A stretch of 64,000 nt of DNA from Alphaproteobacteria bacterium. GTDB taxonomy: Bacteria > Pseudomonadota > Alphaproteobacteria > UBA828. The stretch covers positions 32,001 through 96,000 of the forward strand of contig CAXXMU010000006.1 of the NCBI GenBank assembly GCA_963667785.2. Direction: 5' to 3'. Below are positions 1 to 12,719 of this stretch, piece by piece. Position 1 is the first letter of the stretch, and each line of letters starts with the position of its first letter. The position numbers were made by a program, and so were the translations under genes. The notes under the pieces were generated by a model, which did not search any database, was not told the DNA's origin, and saw only the letters and a list, made by a program, of their open reading frames with translations.

Positions 1-1001
1 CCGGCGAGCTCCTTCACCTCGGCGGAGATCTCGGCAAGGCCCTTGTTGGCCGCATTGCGCACGATGGGCGTCACCAGCCCGTCCTCGATGGCGACGGCGA
101 CCGAGACATCGACGCTCGCGTAGCGCCTCAGCGCGCCGTCCACCCAGGAGGCGTTGGCCGCCGGCACCTTGCGCAGCGCCAGCGCCGCGGCGCGGATCAC
201 GAAGTCGTTGACCGAGAGCGAGTAGTCGTCGGAGCGGCCGTTGAGCTCGGCCCGGGTCTCCAGCAGCGCATCGACCGTGCAATCGACGGTGAGGTAGAAG
301 TGCGGTACGTCGCGCTTCGCCTCCTGCAGGCGCTGGGCGATGACCTTGCGCATGGTGCTCGCGGGCACGTCCTCCCAGGCGGCTGCGGCGGGCGCGGCAG
401 GCGCCGTCGGAGCGGCCGGGGCCGGCGCGGGCGCGGCAGCGGGAGCGGAAACGGCAGCGGGGGCCTCGGCAGTCGCTGCGATCGCCGCCTCGACATCGGC
501 CTTCACGATGCGTCCGCCGGGTCCGGTGCCGGCGATCGCCTCGAGCGCCAGGCCGGCTTGCTTAGCCATGCGGCGCGCCAGCGGGCTCGCGAAGATGCGC
601 GCACCGGGCTCGCGCGCGGGCGCGGGGGCTGCAGCGGCAGGCGCGGCTTCCGGCGTCGGCGCGGCGGGCGCGGCCTCGGGCGCAGGTTCGGCCGGAGCGG
701 GAGCGGGGCTTGCGGCCGGCGCGGCGGCCGCGGCACCGTCGAGCGCAGAGGCGTCCTCGTCCTCTTCCAGGATCAGCCCGATGACCGCGTTCACCGCCAC
801 GCCCTCGGTGCCGGCGGGGACGACGATCCGGCCGAGGGTTCCCTCGTCGGTCGCCTCCACCTCCATCGTCGCCTTGTCGGTCTCGATCTCGCACAGGATA
901 TCGCCGGCCGCGACCGGGTCGCCCTCGTTCTTGAACCAGCTCGCGACGTTGCCCTCGGTCATCGTCGGCGAGAGGGCCGGCATCAGAATCTGAATCGGCA
1001 T
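1..1001 (-). CDS. pdhC: Pyruvate dehydrogenase E2, dihydrolipoamide acetyltransferase (3' end runs off window)
   Basis: Reverse strand from ATG at 1001 reads MPIQILMPALSPTMTEGNVASW...EIETDKATMEVE (lipoyl domain), then ASPLARRMA binding domain; follows pdhA-pdhB. Not in ORF track because it is truncated. Confidence 0.95.
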   Translation of the reverse strand, partial: MPIQILMPALSPTMTEGNVASWFKNEGDPVAAGDILCEIETDKATMEVEATDEGTLGRIVVPAGTEGVAVNAVIGLILEEDEDASALDGAAAAAPAASPAPAPAEPAPEAAPAAPTPEAAPAAAAPAPAREPGARIFASPLARRMAKQAGLALEAIAGTGPGGRIVKADVEAAIAATAEAPAAVSAPAAAPAPAPAAPTAPAAPAAAAWEDVPASTMRKVIAQRLQEAKRDVPHFYLTVDCTVDALLETRAELNGRSDDYSLSVNDFVIRAAALALRKVPAANASWVDGALRRYASVDVSVAVAIEDGLVTPIVRNAANKGLAEISAEVKELA

Positions 1002-1010
1002 GATGACTCC

Positions 1011-1994
1011 CTAGGTTCGGTAGCAGGCGCGGCGGGCCGCATCCGCTATGTCGGCGGCGCCGGGCAGGCTCGCGGCCTCCAGGCTGGCGGCATAGGGCAT
1101 CGGCACGTCGGCGCCCGAGACCCGCTCGACCGGCGCGTCGAGCGCATCGAAGGCGCGCTCCATGACCATCGCGGCAAGCTCGGCGCCGATGCCGGCGAAC
1201 GGCCAGCCCTCCTCCACCGTGACCAGCCGGTTGGTCTTCTCTACCGAGGCCAGCACGGCCGCGCCGTCGAGTGGCCGGAGCGAGCGCAGGTCGACGACCT
1301 CGGCCTCGATGCCCTCTCCCGCCAGCGTCTCCGCCGCCTCCAGCGCGTTCCCCACCATGATCGAGAAGGCGGCGATGGTGACGTCGCCGCCGGCGCGCGC
1401 GATCGCGGCCTTGCCGATCGGCACCACGTGCTCGCCCTCGGCCGGGACCTCGAAGCTCTGGCCGTAGAGAAGCTCGTTCTCCAGGAAGACGACGGGGTTG
1501 GGATCGCGGATGGCGGCCTTGAGCAGCCCCTTGGCGTCGGCCGCCGAATAGGGGGCGATCACCCGCCAGCCCGGCACGTGGGCGAACCAGCTCGCGTAGC
1601 ACTGCGAGTGCTGCGCCGCGACCCGCGCGGCCGCGCCGTTGGGGCCGCGAAAGACCACGGGCACCGGCAGCAGGCCGCCGGACATGTAGAGCGTCTTCGC
1701 GGCCGAGTTGATCAGGTGATCCATCGCCTGCATGGCGAAGTTGAAGGTCATGAACTCGACGATGGGCTTGAGCCCGCCCATGGCGGCGCCCACGCCGATG
1801 CCGGCGAAGCCCGCCTCGGTGATCGGCGTATCGATCACGCGGCCGGCGCCGAACTCGTCGAGCAGGCCCTGGCTCACCTTGTAGGCGCCCTGGTATTCCG
1901 CGACCTCCTCCCCCATCAGGAAGACGTCGGGATCGGCCCGCATCTCCTCCGCCATCGCGTCGCGGAGCGCCTCGCGAACGGTCTGCTGCACCAT
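1011..1994 (-). CDS. pdhB: Pyruvate dehydrogenase E1 beta subunit
   Basis: [45 protein letters not shown] motifs. Confidence 0.97.
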   Translation of the reverse strand: MVQQTVREALRDAMAEEMRADPDVFLMGEEVAEYQGAYKVSQGLLDEFGAGRVIDTPITEAGFAGIGVGAAMGGLKPIVEFMTFNFAMQAMDHLINSAAKTLYMSGGLLPVPVVFRGPNGAAARVAAQHSQCYASWFAHVPGWRVIAPYSAADAKGLLKAAIRDPNPVVFLENELLYGQSFEVPAEGEHVVPIGKAAIARAGGDVTIAAFSIMVGNALEAAETLAGEGIEAEVVDLRSLRPLDGAAVLASVEKTNRLVTVEEGWPFAGIGAELAAMVMERAFDALDAPVERVSGADVPMPYAASLEAASLPGAADIADAARRACYRT

Positions 1995-2019
1995 GGCCGG
2001 CCGGCGTCCCCTGCGTCTC

Positions 2020-3039
2020 TCAGGCGCCGGCGACGACGTGGGACGCGAGCGCGGCTGGGTCGGGCTCGGGCGCTCCTTGCGCGAAGTCGGCGGCGTCGTT
2101 GACCACCGCCCTCACCTCCTTGTCGATCTCCTTGAGCGCCGCCTCGTCCGCATGGCCGCCGTCGACCAGCGCCTCCCGCGCCTGGGCGATCGGGTCGCGC
2201 TCCTCGCGCACCTTGCTCACCTCCTCACGGCTCCTGTACTTCGCCGGATCGGACATCGAGTGGCCACGATAGCGGTAGGTCATCATCTCCAGCAGGCGCG
2301 GCCCCTTGCCCGCCCTGAGCGCGGCGACCGCCTCCTGCGCCGCATGGAGCACGGCGCCCACGGCCATCCCGTCGACCCGCCCGCCCGGAATGCCGAACGC
2401 GCTGCCGCGCTCGTGCAGGTCGGAGACCGCCGCCGAGCGCTCCACCGAGGTGCCCATGGCGTACTGGTTGTTCTCGATCACGAAGAGCACGGGCAGCTGC
2501 CACAGAGCCGCCATGTTGAAGGCCTCGAACACCTGGCCCTGATTGGCCGCGCCGTCGCCGAAATAGGTGACGGAGATGCGGTCCGAGGCGCGGTACTTGT
2601 GGGCGAAGCCGAGGCCGACCCCGAGCGGCACCTGGGCGCCGACGATGCCGTGGCCGCCGTAGAAGCCGCGCTCGGGCGCGAACAGGTGCATCGAGCCGCC
2701 CCTGCCCTGCGATGCGCCGGCCGCGCGCCCGGTGAGCTCCGCCATGACGTCGCGGGGCGGGACGCCGGCGACCAGCATGTGGGCGTGGCAGCGGTAGCCG
2801 GTGATCACCGAATCGCCGGGCTCGAGCGCGTACTGCACGCCGGTGACGACGGCCTCCTGCCCGATATAGAGGTGGCAGAAGCCGCCGATCAGGCCCATGC
2901 CGTAGAGCTGGCTGGCCTTCTCCTCGAAGCGCCGGAGCAGCAGCATGTCGCGGTACGAGCGATGGAGCGCGTCGGGCTCCATCGCGGCCGCCTGCGCGGG
3001 CGCGGCGCCGCCACGGGCTCTCTTCTTGGCGGTCGCCAT
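2020..3039 (-). CDS. pdhA: Pyruvate dehydrogenase E1 alpha subunit
   Basis: [24 protein letters not shown] motif, [12 protein letters not shown]. Confidence 0.97.
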   Translation of the reverse strand: MATAKKRARGGAAPAQAAAMEPDALHRSYRDMLLLRRFEEKASQLYGMGLIGGFCHLYIGQEAVVTGVQYALEPGDSVITGYRCHAHMLVAGVPPRDVMAELTGRAAGASQGRGGSMHLFAPERGFYGGHGIVGAQVPLGVGLGFAHKYRASDRISVTYFGDGAANQGQVFEAFNMAALWQLPVLFVIENNQYAMGTSVERSAAVSDLHERGSAFGIPGGRVDGMAVGAVLHAAQEAVAALRAGKGPRLLEMMTYRYRGHSMSDPAKYRSREEVSKVREERDPIAQAREALVDGGHADEAALKEIDKEVRAVVNDAADFAQGAPEPDPAALASHVVAGA

Positions 3040-3171
3040 CTCCCCCTCTGCCCGATGCCGGTGCCGGCCGCAACGCCGCGGGCCGGCACGGAAACAGCCG
3101 CACGCTAGGTCAAACGACGCAGGCTGACAAGGGCAAGGCGGCTATTGCTTGCCATGACAAGAGATTTTCCG

Positions 3172-3498
3172 TCAGCGCGAGGGCGACGGATCCTGGTGAA
3201 GCACCACCTCTTCGTCGGGATGGCCCAGATTGAGCAGACGGCGGGCCTCCTGGTCGAGCAGGTCGAGGTCGAGATTGTCGGTCCGGAGCTGCGAGACGCG
3301 GCGCTCGAGCCTGCTGCGCTCGGCGGCGAGCGCAGCGACCTCGGCGCGGGTCCGCTCCAGCTCGGCGGAACGCTGCATCCAGCCGAGCAGCCCGCGCTCG
3401 CCATGCACGCTCTGATAGCCGACATAGAGCAGACCGAGCGCGCAGGTGAGCAGCACGACGATCATCCGGTAGCGAATCCGCGCGAATCGCTCGGCCAT
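3172..3498 (-). CDS. ftsB: Septum formation initiator FtsB/DivIC family
   Basis: N-terminal TM, GERGL, coiled coil, DLLDQEARRLL; usual position between eno and pdhA. Confidence 0.85.
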   Translation of the reverse strand: MAERFARIRYRMIVVLLTCALGLLYVGYQSVHGERGLLGWMQRSAELERTRAEVAALAAERSRLERRVSQLRTDNLDLDLLDQEARRLLNLGHPDEEVVLHQDPSPSR

Positions 3499-3587
3499 GG
3501 CGGGAAGACATCACCCCCGGCGCCGCCGGCTGTCAAGACAGCAGTGCTGGCCTGAATTGACGGGACACGGCGTGCCCGGCCGCCGAC

Positions 3588-5618
<2,031 letters not shown>

Positions 5619-5622
<4 letters not shown>

Positions 5623-7703
5623 CCCACGTCGAGCACGATGCAGCCGGCGTCGTTGAGCCGGGCGCGCACGCCGGGCGGGACGACGCAGGTCGCGTCGTAT
5701 TCCTCGACGATCAGCGGCCCCTCCCTCTCGCGGGCCAGGTCGGCGCGGCCGATGACGGCGGCCTCGCACCAGCCGCCTTCCGGGCCGAAGTAGGCGCTGC
5801 GGGCGCGGGGCGTCTCCGTCGTGCCGGCCCGTGGCGCGATGCGGGGCGGCGGCGCGGCGGGCCGCACGCCCCGGCCGAGCACCCTGAGCGTGACCAGCTC
5901 GACCGGCTCCTCCGGGCCGGCGCGGTGGCCGTAGGTGCGCTCGTGCTCGGCGCCGAACGCTTCCTCGAGGGCGGCGAGCGCCGCGTCGTCGAGGGGGCCG
6001 TCGGGCACCGGGACCGTGAGCTCGTAGATCTGGCCCTGGTAGTGGAGGCTGGCATGACGCTCGATCCGGGCCGCCGGCCCGTCGTAGCCGTCCGCCGCGA
6101 GCCGCCCCGCCGCATCCGCCGCCAGCGCATCCCAGGCCGCGGCGAGCGCTTCCTTGTCGAGGCCGCGCAGCAGGGCGCGGAAGGTGCGCGAGAGGTGATG
6201 CTCGACGTCCGCCGTGAGCAGGCCGAAGGAGGAGAAGAGGCCCGGCGCCGGCGGCACCACCACGCGCCGGATATCGAGCGCCTGCGCCATGGCGGCGCCG
6301 AACACCGGGCCGTTGCCGCCGAAGGCGACGAGGGTGTAGCCGCGCGGATCGCGGCCGCGCTCGGTCGAGACCGCCCGGATCGCCCGGATCATGTTGGAGG
6401 CGACGATGCGGTGGGCGCCGTGGGCCGCCTCCTCGACCGGGACGCCGAGCGGCGCGGCGATCTCTCGCTCCAGGGCGCGGATCGCGCTGGCGGCGTCGAT
6501 GGGCAGTGCACCGCCCACGAGATAGTCCGGATTGAGATAGCCCAGCGCCACGTTGGCGTCCGTGATCGTGGGCGCGCTCCCGCCCTTGCCGTAGCAGACG
6601 GGTCCGGGCTCGGCGCCGGCGCTCTCGGGCCCCACCTGCAGGGAGCCGCCGGCATCGATGGTGATCAGCGAGCCGCCGCCGGCGCCGACCTCGGCGAGGT
6701 CGATGGCCGGCATCCGCACCAGATAGCCCGCGCCGGTCATCAGGCGCGAGCCGGCAAGGATGCCGCCGCCCACCTGGAACTCGCTGGAGCGGCTGATCTC
6801 GCCGCCCTCGATCAGCGCCGCCTTGGCGGTGGTGCCGCCCATGTCGAAGGTGACGAGATTGTCCTGACCGAGACCGTCCGCCATGGCGAGCGCGCCGACC
6901 ACGCCGCCCGCCGGCCCCGATTCGACGATGTTCACGGGGCGTCGCGCCGCCTCGTCAGCCGAGGTGAGGCCGCCGTTCGACTGCATGATGAGCAGAGGGG
7001 CGCCGGCGCAGCGCTCGCCGACGGCCTGCCGCAGGCGCGCGAGATAGCTCTGCACGATCGGGCTGATGTAGGTGTTGATCACCGTGGTGGACGTGCGCTC
7101 GTACTCCTTGATCTCGGGCAGCACGTCGTAGCTGACGCAGACAGTGCAGCCCGGCGCGCGCTCCTTGACGATCGCCTCCAGCGCCCGCTCGTGGACCGGG
7201 TTGGCGAACGAGTTGATGAGGCAGACGGCGATCGCGTCCACCCCCTCGGCAAGCAGCCTCTCCACCGCGGCCTTCGCGTCGTCCTCGTCGAGCGCCGTCT
7301 GCACGCGACCCGACGCATCGATCCGCTCGTCGACGACCGCGCGCAGGTAGCGCTCGACCAGCGGCGGCGGCTTCTCCCAGGCGAGGTCGTAGAGCCGCGG
7401 CATCCTGAGGTTGCGGATCTCCAGCACGTCGCGGAAGCCGCGCGTGCCGATGAGGCCGGTGCGGGCGCCCTTGCGCTCCAGCAGCGCGTTGCTCGCCACC
7501 GTCGTGCCGTGCACGACCTCGGCGATGGTGGCCGCCTCGAGCCCGTGCTCGGCAACCAGCGACGCGATCCCCTCCATGATGGCGCGGGCATAGTCGTCAA
7601 CGCTGGAGGAGACCTTCCGCGTCGCCACCGTGCCGTCGTCGGCGAGCAGAACGATATCGGTGAAAGTGCCGCCGATATCGACGCCGATACGCCAGGTGCT
7701 CAC
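5619..7703 (-). CDS. Hydantoinase/oxoprolinase family, A (ATP-binding) subunit
   Basis: GVDIGGTFTD, HGTTVASNALLERKG, ESGPAGG, DMGGTT, GPESAGAEPGP; GTG start overlaps upstream stop. Confidence 0.92.
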
Positions 7704-9562
7704 GCCCCGCTCTCGGGCGGGCGGCCCTGAGTCACCGGCATTGTGCCGCGCGAGACCGCCGGCGGCGCGTCCCACCCGCGCGCGGCCCTGAGCGCCGCCC
7801 GGCGTTCCTCGGTCGCGGCATGGTCCACCCGCCAGGAGGCGCGGTCGACGATCACGCCGTAGTCGTCGCGCGCGGCATCCTCGCCGATCAGCTCGTTGCG
7901 GAGGTCGCGCAGCACGGCGTCGGGCTCGCGCTCCAGCGGATCGCCCCAGCCGCCGGCGCCGGCAAGCTCGTGTCGGAAGATGTCGCCGCGCACGATGGTC
8001 TCGGTGAGCTTGCTCGGCAGCGGACGCTCCTCCGGCCCGGGGTTCATCGCGTTGCGCGAGGGCTGGCCGGGGCTGCCGCCGTAGAGCCCGTAGGGCCGGA
8101 AGGTGCGGCGGTCGGCCCGCACCTGGAGCAGGCCCTCGGCCTCGAGGAAGCGGTAGTCGCGGCGGAAGGGCGTGCCGCCCCGGTAGCGGCCGGCGCCGGC
8201 GCGGTCGGGCACGAACTCGTAGGAGAGGATCTGCAGCGGGTACTCGGCCTCCGTCACCTCGACCGACTGGGAGGCCATGTTCGCGAAGATGTTCGAGTTG
8301 CCGTCCAGGCCGTCGGCCCAGGGCCGGGCGCCCCAGGTGCCGCAGGTGAAATCGACGTAGACGAAGGGCTTTCGCTGATCGTCGTAGCCGCCGATGGTGA
8401 TGCCGGTGTTGCCGCCGTCGGAGGCGGCGAAGACCTTCTCCGGCAGCATCATCGCGAGCGCGCCGAAGGCACAGTCGACCATGCGGAACCCGGTGAGCCC
8501 GCGCGCCGCGCAGGCCGCCGGCAGCACCGCGTTGGTGATGGTGCCCGGCGGCGCCGAGACGGTGATGGCGCGGAAGACGCCCTCGTTGTTGGGGATGCCC
8601 GGCGGCAGCACCGAGCGGATCGCCGTGTAGGTGGCGGCCTTGGTCCAGGACAGCGTGCTGTTGATCGCGCCCTTCACCTGCGGCGACGACCCCGCCCAGT
8701 CCGCATGCAGGCTGTCGCCCTCCTTGCGGAGCGTCACGTGGAGCCTGATGGGCCTGCCACGGTCCACGCCGTCGTCGTCGATCCAGTCCTCGAAGCTGGT
8801 CTCCCCGTCCGGCAGCTCGCTGAGCGCAGCCCGGGTCAGGCGCTCGGCATAGTCGATGATCTCCTGCAGGTAGAAGCGCGTGGCGGCGGCGCCGTGCTGG
8901 CGCACGAGATCGACGATCTGGCGCTCGGCGATGTGGCAGGCGGCGAGCTGGGCGCGCAGATCGCCGAAGAGCTTGACCGGCAGACGCACGTTCTTCTCCA
9001 GCAGCGCGAACAGCGTCTCGTTGCGCTCGCCCCTGTCGTAGAGCCGCAGCGGCGGGATGCGCACGCCCTCCTGGTAGATCTCGGTGGAATCGGAGGCATT
9101 GGAGCCGGCGACCCGGCCGCCGACGTCGGCGTGGTGGCAGACGGTCGCGGCGAAGGCGATGCGCTCCGCCCCGTCGAAGACCGGCTTGAAGACGAAGATG
9201 TCCGGCAGGTGCATGCCGCCGTCGAAGGGGTCGTTCATGATGAAGACGTCGCCGGGATGGATGGCGTCGCCATAGTGGCGCAGCACCGCCTCGATCGCCG
9301 TCGGCACCGAGCCGAGATGACCCGGCAGCGTCAGCCCCTGCGCGATCAGGCGGCCGGCGCCGTCGGTCAGCGCCGTGGAGAAATCCATGTTGTCGCGCAG
9401 CACGCCCGAATAGGTGGTGCGGCAGACGGTGAGCGCCATCTCGTCGGCGATGGCGAAAACGGCGTTGCGGAAGAGCTCGAAGCCGAAGGGATCGGCGCCG
9501 CCCGCGCCTTGCGCCCCGGCCGCGCCCGTCGCCGCCTCGCCCTGACCTGCAATCGCCTCCAT
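7700..9562 (-). CDS. Hydantoinase B/oxoprolinase family subunit
   Basis: DFSTAL, NDPFDGGMHLPD, HHADVGG, EIYQEG, GAGGWGDPLER. Confidence 0.92.
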   Translation of the reverse strand: MEAIAGQGEAATGAAGAQGAGGADPFGFELFRNAVFAIADEMALTVCRTTYSGVLRDNMDFSTALTDGAGRLIAQGLTLPGHLGSVPTAIEAVLRHYGDAIHPGDVFIMNDPFDGGMHLPDIFVFKPVFDGAERIAFAATVCHHADVGGRVAGSNASDSTEIYQEGVRIPPLRLYDRGERNETLFALLEKNVRLPVKLFGDLRAQLAACHIAERQIVDLVRQHGAAATRFYLQEIIDYAERLTRAALSELPDGETSFEDWIDDDGVDRGRPIRLHVTLRKEGDSLHADWAGSSPQVKGAINSTLSWTKAATYTAIRSVLPPGIPNNEGVFRAITVSAPPGTITNAVLPAACAARGLTGFRMVDCAFGALAMMLPEKVFAASDGGNTGITIGGYDDQRKPFVYVDFTCGTWGARPWADGLDGNSNIFANMASQSVEVTEAEYPLQILSYEFVPDRAGAGRYRGGTPFRRDYRFLEAEGLLQVRADRRTFRPYGLYGGSPGQPSRNAMNPGPEERPLPSKLTETIVRGDIFRHELAGAGGWGDPLEREPDAVLRDLRNELIGEDAARDDYGVIVDRASWRVDHAATEERRAALRAARGWDAPPAVSRGTMPVTQGRPPESGA

Positions 9563-9818
9563 GCACCCCTCCCCGGCCGGCCGCGATGATAGGAGGGAGC
9601 CAGCGCCGCGTCGACTCTGGCCGCCCAATCAGAGGAGCTCCGACTGGATTGCCGGGGGGCTGGCTTCTTCGTCCGGCCGGACTTTGGCCGTACGTTGCTG
9701 CTATCTAGCTCAGCGCAACCCAACTTTCCCGCAACACCCGTTCTGCTGTCTGCTCACCCCTAACGTACTTTAAAGTGCAGGAGGGACTTGACGATTTCAC
9801 AGTCGTTTCAGTGCTGGC

Positions 9819-12404
9819 CTATCTGGTTCCACCGAAGCCTGCGAGGAGATCGACTGCGGGGGTCCGATCGTTGAGAATTCCCGCCATCTCCTCGTGAGCA
9901 GGACCGAAGAAGGAGCCTGCAAGATGGCCATCCGCGTCAGAGAACGAATTCCCGGTGACCTCAACGTCGTAGGAAAGCGTAGGCGATCGGAAGTCAACCG
10001 CTTCGCCATCGGTATGGACAGTGAGGTTATCAAATTGCGCGGTGCCATCGAGGGTCTCCAAGTCAACACCAAGCTCGGCGTCGCCAAAGACTGGCGGCAA
10101 ATGTGCGCTGCCGAGGTCGACGCCGATGAGCGACCCTGCCCATGTTGCGTTTCCTAAAGACTCAGGCGTGTGCAGCTCGGCGAGGCTAATGCTCGGAGCC
10201 ACACCGAATGCGTCGACACCGACGCGCAGTTGGTCTTGTGCTACGACGTCCAATCCATCGTCTACGTACGTTAGGACACGCTCCGCACCTGCCCCCCAAG
10301 CGCTGTACTGGCCCCAGGCCCCGTAACCGTAAAGTTCCGGCTCCGATGCCGTGTCCGCGCCGAGAATCTCGTAGCCAATGTCATCAAGATACGCAAAGTC
10401 GATCTGGGCAGGTTCGTACACTTCTCTCGGCTCGTTGCAGTACGCCATGAGAGATGAGCAAACACCCAAATGAGCGTAATCCACGGTTGCTCCAGGGGTG
10501 AAAGGGGCCACCACATTCCTGTTTGAATCGAGCCACTGAAACGGAACGGGATTGCCACCGTTGGCCCTTTGAGATTCCGGCCCTTCGAAGGTGGCATCCT
10601 GGCGATTTATATATTGTTCGATGACCGGAACGTTCCATCCGCTTTCATGATTTACCACACCGATTATGTGTCCAATCTCATGTCCTAATACGTGGACAAA
10701 CCACCAATTTCCTATTGATCCTCGTTCATTGATGTTGCTCTGCGACAGGGTCAGCACTCCGTGCCACGGTTGATAATCGTTCGGCGTTATATCAGCGCTA
10801 ATTGGTCCACCCGAAGACAGCGGATCGGTGGTAGCGTGCAGTACGGTAACCAATACCCCATTCGTTTCGAAATCTCTTGCATAGGTCACGGTGATCGGTA
10901 CTGCGCCTGCATGTGCGGGAGCCGCTTGAATTGTTGTCCCTGCCGTCACTGTGTGCGTACCCAAGTCGTCAAGAATTCGATGCGACCAGAATTTACCGGC
11001 CCGTTCCATCTGCGCACGCGTCTTGGAATCGATATTCGGCGCAAACTGCCAGTCGAACCCTATGTTGAGCGTTCCAGCGGGACCGCCCTTCCATTGCCCA
11101 TACGTGATTCCGTCGCGCTCACCGATAATCTCAATTTCATCAGGGTTGACATTGCGGAAGACGGTTCCTGAAGTTGTAGGGTCAGACCCGGCAGCGTCAA
11201 TCAAGTCCCTTATCACCGTTCTTCGACTTTCAATATCTGTTTGGTTTAGCGGACTCAGGGCGAGTACGGTCCTCAACGCCTCCGAATCGTTCCAGTGGTC
11301 TAGAAGGTCTTCGGCCGTGGTGTTGTTGCGCCACTCGGTTGCAAGCGGTCGCTGGTATCCGGGGGCATTCACGGCGGTCACCATGCCGCCGGTCGACGTG
11401 GCGGTGACTGCACCGTTCGCGTCCACCATCACCGTGACCTCGCAATCGCGACCGCCGGCCGCGCAGGAGAACGCGATGCCGCCGTGCTCTTCCGATTGGC
11501 CCGCCTCAATCGTGACGGTGCCCGCATCAGCCATGAAGCCCGCCGTCACACCGGCCAGATCGACGTTCATCGGCGTAACTGCGTTTTGGTAGTCAGCGGA
11601 GTTCATGGCGGTCACCATGCCACCGGTCGACGTGGCGGTGACTGCACCGTTCACGTCCACCATCACCGTGACCTCGCAGTCGCGACCGCCGGCCGCGCAG
11701 GCGAAGCTGATGTCGCCGTGATCCTCCGATTGGCCCGCAGCAACCGTCACCGTGCCGGAACCGGCCATGAAGCCCGCCGTCACACCGGCCAGATCGACGT
11801 TCATCGGCGTAACTGCGTTCTGGTAGTCAGCGGAGTTCATGGCAGTGACGGTGCCGCCGGTCGATGTGGCGGTGATGTCGCCGCTCGCGTCCACCATCAC
11901 CGTGACCTCGCAATCGCGCCCGCCGGCCGCGCAGGCGAAGCTGATGTCGCCGTGATCCTCCGATTGGCCCGCAGCAACCGTCACCGTGCCGGAACCGGCC
12001 ACGAAGCCGGGCGTCACGCTTGACAGACTGACCATCGTCGGTGTGACGGCCGTGTTGTAATCGGCGGAGTTCATGGCGGTGACGGTGCCGCCGGTCGATG
12101 TGGCGGTGATGTCGCCGCTCGCGTCCACCATCACCGTGACCTCGCAATCGCGCCCGCCGGCCGCGCAGGCGAAGCTGATGTCGCCGTGATCCTCCGATTG
12201 GCCCGCAGCAACCGTCACCGTGCCGGAACCGGCCATGAAGCCGGGCGTCACGTTGGAGAGGTCGACAGCCTCGGGCTGGGGCATGGTTGTCCCCCCGCCG
12301 TCGGTCCCGCCGCTGCTGCCACCGCCGCCGCAGCCGTACAGTCCCAGCGCAAGCACCAAGGCTGCCGCGAGGCCCGTCGCGTAGTTCATGGGTGTCGTTT
12401 TCAT
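9819..12404 (-). CDS. Putative surface lipoprotein: tandem repeats, zinc metallopeptidase domain, TbpB-like C-terminal barrel
   Basis: Lipobox LYG|C followed by Gly/Ser linker; four 78-aa repeats; HEIGHIIG zincin motif; C-terminus GSFFGPAHEEMAG...AGFGGTR; visibly lower GC in 3' half. Confidence 0.8.
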   Translation of the reverse strand: MKTTPMNYATGLAAALVLALGLYGCGGGGSSGGTDGGGTTMPQPEAVDLSNVTPGFMAGSGTVTVAAGQSEDHGDISFACAAGGRDCEVTVMVDASGDITATSTGGTVTAMNSADYNTAVTPTMVSLSSVTPGFVAGSGTVTVAAGQSEDHGDISFACAAGGRDCEVTVMVDASGDITATSTGGTVTAMNSADYQNAVTPMNVDLAGVTAGFMAGSGTVTVAAGQSEDHGDISFACAAGGRDCEVTVMVDVNGAVTATSTGGMVTAMNSADYQNAVTPMNVDLAGVTAGFMADAGTVTIEAGQSEEHGGIAFSCAAGGRDCEVTVMVDANGAVTATSTGGMVTAVNAPGYQRPLATEWRNNTTAEDLLDHWNDSEALRTVLALSPLNQTDIESRRTVIRDLIDAAGSDPTTSGTVFRNVNPDEIEIIGERDGITYGQWKGGPAGTLNIGFDWQFAPNIDSKTRAQMERAGKFWSHRILDDLGTHTVTAGTTIQAAPAHAGAVPITVTYARDFETNGVLVTVLHATTDPLSSGGPISADITPNDYQPWHGVLTLSQSNINERGSIGNWWFVHVLGHEIGHIIGVVNHESGWNVPVIEQYINRQDATFEGPESQRANGGNPVPFQWLDSNRNVVAPFTPGATVDYAHLGVCSSLMAYCNEPREVYEPAQIDFAYLDDIGYEILGADTASEPELYGYGAWGQYSAWGAGAERVLTYVDDGLDVVAQDQLRVGVDAFGVAPSISLAELHTPESLGNATWAGSLIGVDLGSAHLPPVFGDAELGVDLETLDGTAQFDNLTVHTDGEAVDFRSPTLSYDVEVTGNSFSDADGHLAGSFFGPAHEEMAGILNDRTPAVDLLAGFGGTR
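11370..12270 (-). repeat. Intragenic tandem repeat, 234-bp unit, about 4 copies
   Basis: Equivalent positions at 11467, 11701, 11935, 12169 (exact 234-bp spacing); each unit encodes ...HGDISFACAAGGRDCEVTVMVD...; outer boundaries approximate. Confidence 0.95.
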
Positions 12405-12579
12405 CGAAGCCTCCCTGGCATTGCCGAGGCTCGCTTGCGGGCCGGCACGAAGCCTCTGCATCCCCGCCTTCGCGACCCGTCCTCGCGCTGCTGCCCCCAC
12501 TACTGCGCGGATGGACCGGGGCAGACTCTCGACAGCCGACCAGGAGGGTCCTCGGCAGAGAGTCATTATCCGCCTTAGT

Positions 12580-12607
12580 ATAGATATATCAATATAGTTA
12601 TATCTAT
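12580..12607. promoter_or_regulatory. AT-rich inverted repeat, candidate operator
   Basis: ATAGATATA-N10-TATATCTAT between divergent genes in otherwise very GC-rich DNA. Confidence 0.5.
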
Positions 12608-12719
12608 GTGGCCACTAGAAACGAGCGCCCTGCTGCTCTCGGAACAGGCTGGCCGCGGCCCTGGCCGCTCCCTAGAATGACGGCTCGGAACGACGGCCGG
12701 GCAACGGTCAGGCTGGCAG

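Noticed and set aside
11370-12270. Repeats as CRISPR array or diversity-generating retroelement
   Set aside because: In-frame coding repeats without unique spacers; no cas or reverse transcriptase gene
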